This document shows, piece after piece, positions 55,701-64,000 of a stretch of 64,000 bases of DNA. The notes under the pieces were generated by a model, which saw only the letters and a list, made by a program, of their open reading frames with translations, was not told the DNA's origin and made no database searches. Position 1 is the first letter of the stretch. Every line of letters begins with the position of its first letter. The position numbers and the translations under genes are program-made. The stretch is from Auanema rhodensis (Eukaryota > Animalia > Nematoda): positions 1,736,001-1,800,000 of the forward strand of contig OZ059896.1 of assembly GCA_964057225.1 (NCBI GenBank). Reading direction: 5' to 3'.

Positions 55701-57564
55701 TTTCGAAAAAATTTTTGTCAAAATGTTTTTGGAAGCAATTTTGAGTGTACATGGAAACTCAACATACACTAATGCATCATTTTTCAAACGATCATAACTA
55801 ATTTTTGTATTAAGCTTTTCTCAATGAAGTTTAGTGCATTCGATGCGGATTTTTAAGCTGCGTAGATCTGTGTTATCAGATTTGCGCTAGCTTGAAAATG
55901 CACCGAGATATCAACTGATATAAGTTCACACTTATATCCTCGATTTTCACCCTGAAGAATTAATTTTTTCGTTGAATAACATTGTCTATCGTTTTTGCCT
56001 TGAAAAAAGGAATCTAAAAACATCTACTTTTTGCTAAATTATTTTCAAATTTTTCGAAAAAATTTTTGTCAAAATGTTTTTGGAAGCAATTTTGAGTGTA
56101 CATGGAAACTCAACATACACTAATGCATCATTTTTCAAACGATCATAACTAATTTTTGTACTTAGCTTTTCTCAATGTAATATAGTGCATTCGATGCGGA
56201 TTTTTAAGCTGCGTCGATCTGTGTTATCAGATTTGCGCTAGCTTAAAAATGCACCGAGATATCAACTGATATTAGTTCACACTTATATCCTCGATTTTCA
56301 CCCTGAAGAATTAATTTTTTCGTTGAATAACATTGTCCATCGTTTTTGCCTTGAAAAAAAGAATCTAAAAACATCTACTTTTTGCTAAATTATTTTGAAA
56401 TTTTTCGAAAACATTTTTGTCAAAATGTTTTTGGAAGCAATTTTGAGTGTACATGGAAACTCAACATACACTAATGCATCATTTTTCAAACGATCATAAC
56501 TAATTTTTGTATTTAGCTTTTCTCAATGTAATATAGTGCATTCGATGCGGATTTTTAAGCTGCGTCGATCTGTGTTATCAGATTTGCGCTAGCTTAAAAA
56601 TGCACCGAGATATCAACTGATATAAGTTCACACCTATATCCTCGATTTTCACCCTGAAGAATTAATTTTTTCGTTGAATAACATTGTCTATCGTTTTTGC
56701 CTTGAAAAAAGGAATCTAAAAACATCTACTTTTTGCTAAATTATTTTGAAATTTTTCGAAAACATTTTTGTCAAAATGTTTTTGGAAGCAATTTTGAGTG
56801 TACATGGAAACTCAACATACACTAATGCATCATTTTTCAAACGATCATAACTAATTTTTGTATTTAGCTTTTCTCAATGTAATATAATGCATTCGATGCG
56901 GATTTTTAAGCTGCGTCGATCTGTGTTATCAGATTTGCGCTAGCTTAAAAATGCACCGAGATATCAACTGATATAAGTTCACACTTATATCCTCAATTTT
57001 CACCCTGAAGAATTAATTTTTTCGTTGAATAACATTGTCCATCGTTTTTGCCTTGAAAAAAGGAATCTAAAAACATCTACTTTTTGCTAAATTATTTTGA
57101 AATTTTTCGAAAAAATTTTTGTCAAAATGTTTTTGGAAGCAATGTTGAGTGTACATGGAAACTCAACATACACTAATGCATCATTTTTCAAACGATCATA
57201 ACTAATTTTTGTATTAAGCGTTTCTCAATGTAGTATAGTGCATTCGATGCGGATTTTTAAGCTGCGTAGATCTGTGTTATCAGATTTGCGCTAGCTTGAA
57301 AATGCACCGAGATATCAACTGATATAAGTTCACACTTATATCCTCGATTTTCACCCTGAAGAATTAATTTTTTCGTTGAATAACATTGTCTATCGTTTTT
57401 GCCTTGAAAAAAGGAATCTAAAAACATCTACTTTTTGCTAAATTATTTTCATATTTTTCGAAAAAATTTTTGTCAAAATGTTTTTGGAAGCAATTTTGAG
57501 TGTACATGGAAACTCAACATACACTAATGCATCATTTTTCAAACGATCATAACTAATTTTTGTA

Positions 57565-60500
57565 TTGAGTGTTTCTCAATGTAGTATAGTGCATTCGATG
57601 TGGATTTTCAAGCTGCGTCGATCTGTGTTATCAGATTTGCGCTAGCTTAAAAATGCACCGAGATATCAACTGATATAAGTTCACACTTATATCCTCGATT
57701 TTCACCCTGAAGAATTAATTTTTTTGTTGAATAACAATGTCCATCGTCTTTGTCTTGAAAAAAGGAATCTAAAAACATCTACTTTTTGTGAAATTATTTT
57801 CAAATTTTTCGAAAAAATTTTTGTCAAAATGTTTTTGGAAGCAATTTTGAGTGTACATGGAAACTCAACATACACTAATGCATCATTTTTCAAACGATCA
57901 TAACTAATTTTTGTATTAAGCGTTTCTTAATGTAGTATAGTACATTCGATGCGGATTTTTAAGCTGCGTCGATCTGTGTTATCAGATTTGCGCTAGCTTA
58001 AAAATGAACCGAGATATCAACTGATATAAGTTCACACCTATATCCTCGATTTTCACCCTGAAGAATTAATTTTTTCGTTGAATAACATTGTCTATCGTTT
58101 TTGCCTTGAAAAAAGAAATCTAAAAACATCTACTTTTTGCTAAATTATTTTGAAATTTTTCGAAAAAATTTTTGTCAAAATGTTTTTGGAAGCAATGTTG
58201 AGTGTACATGGAAACTCAACATACACTAATGCATCATTTTTCAAACGATCATAACTAATTTTTGTATTAAGCGTTTCTCAATGTAGTATAGTGCATTCGA
58301 TGCGGATTTTTAAGCTGCGTCGATCTGTACTATCAGATTTGCGCTAGCTTAAAAATGCACCGAGATATCAACTGATATAAGTTCACACCTATATCCTCGA
58401 TTTTCACCCTGAAGAATTAATTTTTTCGTTGAATAACATTGTCTATCGTTTTTGCCTTGAAAAAAGGAATCTAAAAACATCTACTTTTTGCTAAATTATT
58501 TTCAAATTTTTCGAAAAAATTTTTGTCAAAATGTTTTTGGAAGCAATTTTGAGTGTACATGGAAACTCAACATACACTAATGCATCATTTTTCAAACGAT
58601 CATAACTAATTTTTGTATTAAGCGTTTCTCAATGTAGTATAGTGCATTCGATGCGGATTTTTAAGCTGCGTCGATCTGTACTATCAGATTTGCGCTAGCT
58701 TAAAAATGCACCGAGATATTAACTGATATAAGTTCACACCTATATCCTCGATTTTCACCCTGAAGAATTAATTTTTTCGTTGAATAACATTGTCTATCGT
58801 TTTTGCCTTGAAAAAAGAAATCTAAAAACATCTACTTTTTGCTAAATTATTTTGAAATTTTTCGAAAAAATTTTTGTCAAAATGTTTTTGGAAGCAATGT
58901 TGAGTGTACATGGAAACTCAACATACACTAATGCATCATTTTTCAAACGATCATAACTAATTTTTGTATTAAGCGTTTCTCAATGTAGTATAGTGCATTC
59001 GATGCGGATTTTTAAGCTGCGTCGATCTGTACTATCAGATTTGCGCTAGCTTAAAAATGCACCGAGATATCAACTGATATAAGTTCACACCTATATCCTC
59101 GATTTTCACCCTGAAGAATTAATTTTTTCGTTGAATAACATTGTCTATCGTTTTTGCCTTGAAAAAAGGAATCTAAAAACATCTACTTTTTGCTAAATTA
59201 TTTTCAAATTTTTCGAAAAAATTTTTGTCAAAATGTTTTTGGAAGCAATTTTGAGTGTACATGGAAACTCAACATACACTAATGCATTATTTTTCAAACG
59301 ATCATAACTAATTTTTGTATTAAGCGTTTCTCAATGTAGTATAGTGCATTCGATGCGGATTTTTAAGCTGCGTCGATCTGTACTATCAGATTTGCGCTAG
59401 CTTGAAAATGCACCGAGATATCAACTGATATAAGTTCACACCTATATCCTCGATTTTCACCCTGAAGAATTAATTTTTTCGTTGAATAACATTGTCTATC
59501 GTTTTTGCCTTGAAAAAAGGAATCTAAAAACATCTACTTTTTGCTAAATTATTTTGAAATTTTTCGAAAAAATTTTTGTCAAAATGTTTTTGGAAGCAAT
59601 GTTGAGTGTACATGGAAACTCAACATACACTAATGCATCATTTTTCAAACGATCATAACTAATTTTTGTATTAAGCGTTTCTCAATGTAGTATAGTGCAT
59701 TCGATGCGGATTTTTAAGCTGCGTAGATCTGTGTTATCAGATTTGCGCTAGCTTGAAAATGCACCGAGATATCAACTGATATAAGTTCACACTTATATCC
59801 TCGATTTTCACCCTGAAGAATTAATTTTTTCGTTGAATAACATTGTCTATCGTTTTTGCCTTGAAAAAAGGAATCTAAAAACATCTACTTTTTGCTAAAT
59901 TATTTTCATATTTTTCGAAAAAATTTTTGTCAAAATGTTTTTGGAAGCAATTTTGAGTGTACATGGAAACTCAACATACACTAATGCATCATTTTTCAAA
60001 CGATCATAACTAATTTTTGTATTGAGTGTTTCTCAATGTAGTATAGTGCATTCGATGTGGATTTTCAAGCTGCGTCGATCTGTGTTATCAGATTTGCGCT
60101 AGCTTAAAAATGCACCGAGATATCAACTGATATAAGTTCACACTTATATCCTCGATTTTCACCCTGAAGAATTAATTTTTTTGTTGAATAACAATGTCCA
60201 TCGTCTTTGTCTTGAAAAAAGGAATCTAAAAACATCTACTTTTTGTGAAATTATTTTCAAATTTTTCGAAAAAATTTTTGTCAAAATGTTTTTGGAAGCA
60301 ATTTTGAGTGTACATGGAAACTCAACATACACTAATGCATCATTTTTCAAACGATCATAACTAATTTTTGTATTAAGCGTTTCTTAATGTAGTATAGTAC
60401 ATTCGATGCGGATTTTTAAGCTGCGTCGATCTGTGTTATCAGATTTGCGCTAGCTTAAAAATGAACCGAGATATCAACTGATATAAGTTCACACCTATAT

Positions 60501-63500
60501 CCTCGATTTTCACCCTGAAGAATTAATTTTTTCGTTGAATAACATTGTCTATCGTTTTTGCCTTGAAAAAAGAAATCTAAAAACATCTACTTTTTGCTAA
60601 ATTATTTTGAAATTTTTCGAAAAAATTTTTGTCAAAATGTTTTTGGAAGCAATGTTGAGTGTACATGGAAACTCAACATACACTAATGCATCATTTTTCA
60701 AACGATCATAATTAATTTTTGTATTAAGCGTTTCTCAATGTAGTATAGTGCATTCGATGCGGATTTTTAAGCTGCGTCGATCTGTACTATCAGATTTGCG
60801 CTAGCTTAAAAATGCACCGAGATATCAACTGATATAAGTTCACACCTATATCCTCGATTTTCACCCTGAAGAATTAATTTTTTCGTTGAATAACATTGTC
60901 TATCGTTTTTGCCTTGAAAAAAGGAATCTAAAAACATCTACTTTTTGCTAAATTATTTTCAAATTTTTCGAAAAAATTTTTGTCAAAATGTTTTTGGAAG
61001 CAATTTTGAGTGTACATGGAAACTCAACATACACTAATGCATCATTTTTCAAACGATCATAACTAATTTTTGTATTAAGCGTTTCTCAATGTAGTATAGT
61101 GCATTCGATGCGGATTTTTAAGCTGCGTCGATCTGTACTATCAGATTTGCGCTAGCTTGAAAATGCACCGAGATATCAACTGATATAAGTTCACACCTAT
61201 ATCCTCGATTTTCACCCTGAAGAATTAATTTTTTCGTTGAATAACATTGTCTATCGTTTCTGCCTTGAAAAAAGGAATCTAAAAACATCTACTTTTTGCT
61301 AAATTATTTTGAAATTTTTCGAAAAAATTTTTGTCAAAATGTTTTTGGAAGCAATTTTGAGTGTACATGGAAACTCAACATACACTAATGCGTCATTTTT
61401 CAAACGATCATAACTAATTTTTGTATTTAGCTTTTCTCAATGTAGTTCAGTGCATTCGATGCGGATTTTTAAGCTGCGTCGATCTGTACTATCAGATTTG
61501 CGCTAGCTTGAAAATGCACCGAGATATCAACTGATATAAGTTCACACCTATATCCTCGATTTTCACCCTGAAGAATTAATTTTTTCGTTGAATAACATTG
61601 TCTATCGTTTTTGCCTTGAAAAAAGGAATCTAAAAACATCTACTTTTTGCTAAATTATTTTCAAATTTTTCGAAAAAATTTTTGTCAAAATGTTTTTGGA
61701 AGCAATTTTGAGTGTACATGGAAACTCAACATACACTAATGCATCATTTTTCAAACGATCATAACTAATTTTTGTATTGAGTGTTTCTCAATGTAGTATA
61801 GTGCATTCGATGTGGATTTTCAAGCTGCGTCGATCTGTGTTATCAGATTTGCGCTAGCTTAAAAATGCACCGAGATATCAACTGATATAAGTTCACACTT
61901 ATATCCTCGATTTTCACCCTGAAGAATTAATTTTTTTGTTGAATAACAATGTCCATCGTCTTTGTCTTGAAAAAAGGAATCTAAAAACATCTACTTTTTG
62001 TGAAATTATTTTGAATTTTTTCGGGAAAATTTTTGTCAAAATGTTTTTGGAAGCAATGTTGTGTGTACATGGAAACTCAACATACACTAATGCATCATTT
62101 TTCAAACGATCATAACTAATTTTTGTATTAAGCGTTTCTTAATGTAGTATAGTGCATTCGATGTGGATTTTCAAGCTGCGTCGATCTGTGTTATCAGATT
62201 TGCGCTAGCTTAAAAATGCACCGAGATATCAACTGATATAAGTTCACACTTATATCCTCGATTTTCACCCTGAAGAATTAATTTTTTTGTTGAATAACAA
62301 TGTCCATCGTCTTTGTCTTGAAAAAAGGAATCTAAAAACATCTACTTTTTGTGAAATTATTTTGAAATTTTTCGGGAAAATTTTTGTCAAAATGTTTTTG
62401 GAAGCAATGTTGTGTGTACATGGAAACTCAACATACACTAATGCATCATTTTTCAAACGATCATAACTAATTTTTGTATTAAGCGTTTCTTAATGTAGTA
62501 TAGTACATTCGATGCGGATTTTTAAGCTGCGTCGATCTGTGTTATCAGATTTGCGCTAGCTTAAAAATGAACCGAGATATCAACTGATATAAGTTCACAC
62601 CTATATCCTCGATTTTCACCCTGAAGAATTAATTTTTTCGTTGAATAACATTGTCTATCGTTTTTGCCTTGAAAAAAGGAATCTAAAAACATCTACTTTT
62701 TGCTAAATTATTTTCAAATTTTTCGAAAAAATTTTTGTCAAAATGTTTTTGGAAGCAATTTTGAGTGTACATGGAAACTCAACATACACTAATGCATCAT
62801 TTTTCAAACGATCATAACTAATTTTTGTATTTAGCTTTTCTCAATGTAGTTCAGTGCATTCGATGCGGATTTTTAAGCTGCGTCGATCTGTACTATCAGA
62901 TTTGCGCTAGCTTGAAAATGCACCGAGATATCAACTGATATAAGTTCACACCTATATCCTCGATTTTCACCCTGAAGAATTAATTTTTTCGTTGAATAAC
63001 ATTGTCTATCGTTTTTGCCTTGAAAAAAGGAATCTAAAAACATCTACTTTTTGCTAAATTATTTTCAAATTTTTCGAAAAAATTTTTGTCAAAATGTTTT
63101 TGGAAGCAATTTTGAGTGTACATGGAAACTCAACATACACTAATGCATCATTTTTCAAACGATCATAACTAATTTTTGTATTGAGTGTTTCTCAATGTAG
63201 TATAGTGCATTCGATGTGGATTTTCAAGCTGCGTCGATCTGTGTTATCAGATTTGCGCTAGCTTAAAAATGCACCGAGATATGCACTGATATAAGTTCAC
63301 ACTTATATCCTCGATTTTCACCCTGAAGAATTAATTTTTTTGTTGAATAACAATGTCCATCGTCTTTGTCTTGAAAAAAGGAATCTAAAAACATCTACTT
63401 TTTGTGAAATTATTTTGAAATTTTTCGGGAAAATTTTTGTCAAAATGTTTTTGGAAGCAATTTTGAGTGTACATGGAAACTCAACATACACGAATGCATC

Positions 63501-64000
63501 ATTTTTCAAACGATCATAACTAATTTTTGTATTTAGCTTTTCTCAATGTAGTTCAGTGCATTCGATGCGGATTTTTAAGCTGCGTCGATCTGTACTATCA
63601 GATTTGCGCTAGCTTGAAAATGCACCGAGATATCAACTGATATAAGTTCACACCTATATCCTCGATTTTCACCCTGAAGAATTAATTTTTTCGTTGAATA
63701 ACATTGTCTATCGTTTTTGCCTTGAAAAAAGGAATCTAAAAACATCTACTTTTTGCTAAATTATTTTCAAATTTTTCGAAAAAATTTTTGTCAAAATGTT
63801 TTTGGAAGCAATTTTGAGTGTACATGGAAACTCAACATACACTAATGCATCATTTTTCAAACGATCATAACTAATTTTTGTATTGAGTGTTTCTCAATGT
63901 AGTATAGTGCATTCGATGTGGATTTTCAAGCTGCGTCGATCTGTGTTATCAGATTTGCGCTAGCTTAAAAATGCACCGAGATATGCACTGATATAAGTTC
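57565..64000 (+). repeat. Domain containing a divergent monomer subfamily (type Z, 12-16 substitutions from consensus)
   Basis: Monomers at 57565, 60022, 61777, 62128, 63181 and 63883 (partial) carry gatgTgg and tttCaag. The full copies also carry ttTgttg, aacaAtg, cgtCtttgTc and tttgTGaaa, and most start ttGagTG. The type is not seen before 57565. Confidence 0.9.
57702..57893 (-). other. 63-aa ORF inside satellite monomer type Z (also 60159-60350, 61914-62105, 62265-62456, 63318-63509); most likely non-coding
   Basis: The frame is open only because gCTaaa>gTGaaa changes a minus-strand TAG to TCA. It is closed in the other roughly 177 copies. The K/I/F/N-rich composition reflects A/T tracts, and no domain is recognisable. 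Confidence given is for it being a real gene. Confidence 0.05.

Larger units (their letters stand above)
1..64000 (+). repeat. Tandem satellite DNA array, 351-bp AT-rich monomer, about 182.3 head-to-tail copies; array runs off both window ends
   Basis: The unit starting tttagcttttctcaatgtag at 1 recurs at 352, 703, ... 7021 (20x351+1), 14041, 21061, 28081, 35101, 42121, 49141, 56161 and 63181 (180x351+1) in exact phase. Copy 1 has 107/351 G+C. No non-repeat sequence was seen. Confidence 0.99.

Noticed and set aside
57702-63509. Five 63-aa ORFs as a tandem gene family
   Set aside because: They lie within satellite monomers and the frame is closed in about 97% of copies. There is no recognisable domain and no synonymous bias among copies.
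1-64000. CRISPR array or repeat-spacer cassette system
   Set aside because: There are no unique spacers: the entire 351-bp unit is repeated, and there are no associated genes.
1-64000. Assignment to a named satellite such as Drosophila 359-bp or Tribolium TCAST, or to 5S rDNA/tRNA/spliced-leader arrays
   Set aside because: Only length and AT content are similar. I recognise no sequence identity and no RNA-gene motifs, so a database search is required.

Overview
The whole 64 kb window is one uninterrupted head-to-tail tandem satellite array. It contains about 182.3 copies of a 351-bp monomer (about 30% GC by hand count of copy 1), all in one orientation. Monomer starts stay exactly in phase (351n+1) from position 1 to 63883, so there is no net indel and no inserted element. 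Copies differ from the consensus by a small set of recurring substitutions, usually 0-9 per copy and 12-16 in a divergent subfamily confined to the last 6.5 kb. These variants define monomer types arranged in local higher-order repeats and block duplications (3-, 4- and 5-mer units; offsets of 7, 10, 11, 14 and 20 monomers) that change along the array. The monomer is rich in inverted repeats, and several recurrent variants fall in loops, hit both sides of one base pair, or repair stems. No credible gene, RNA gene, transposon or CRISPR array is present. The five 63-aa ORFs are by-products of one variant that removes a stop codon. The architecture is typical of eukaryotic (peri)centromeric satellite DNA. 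I cannot identify the organism or a named satellite family from the sequence. Monomer typing was done by eye.
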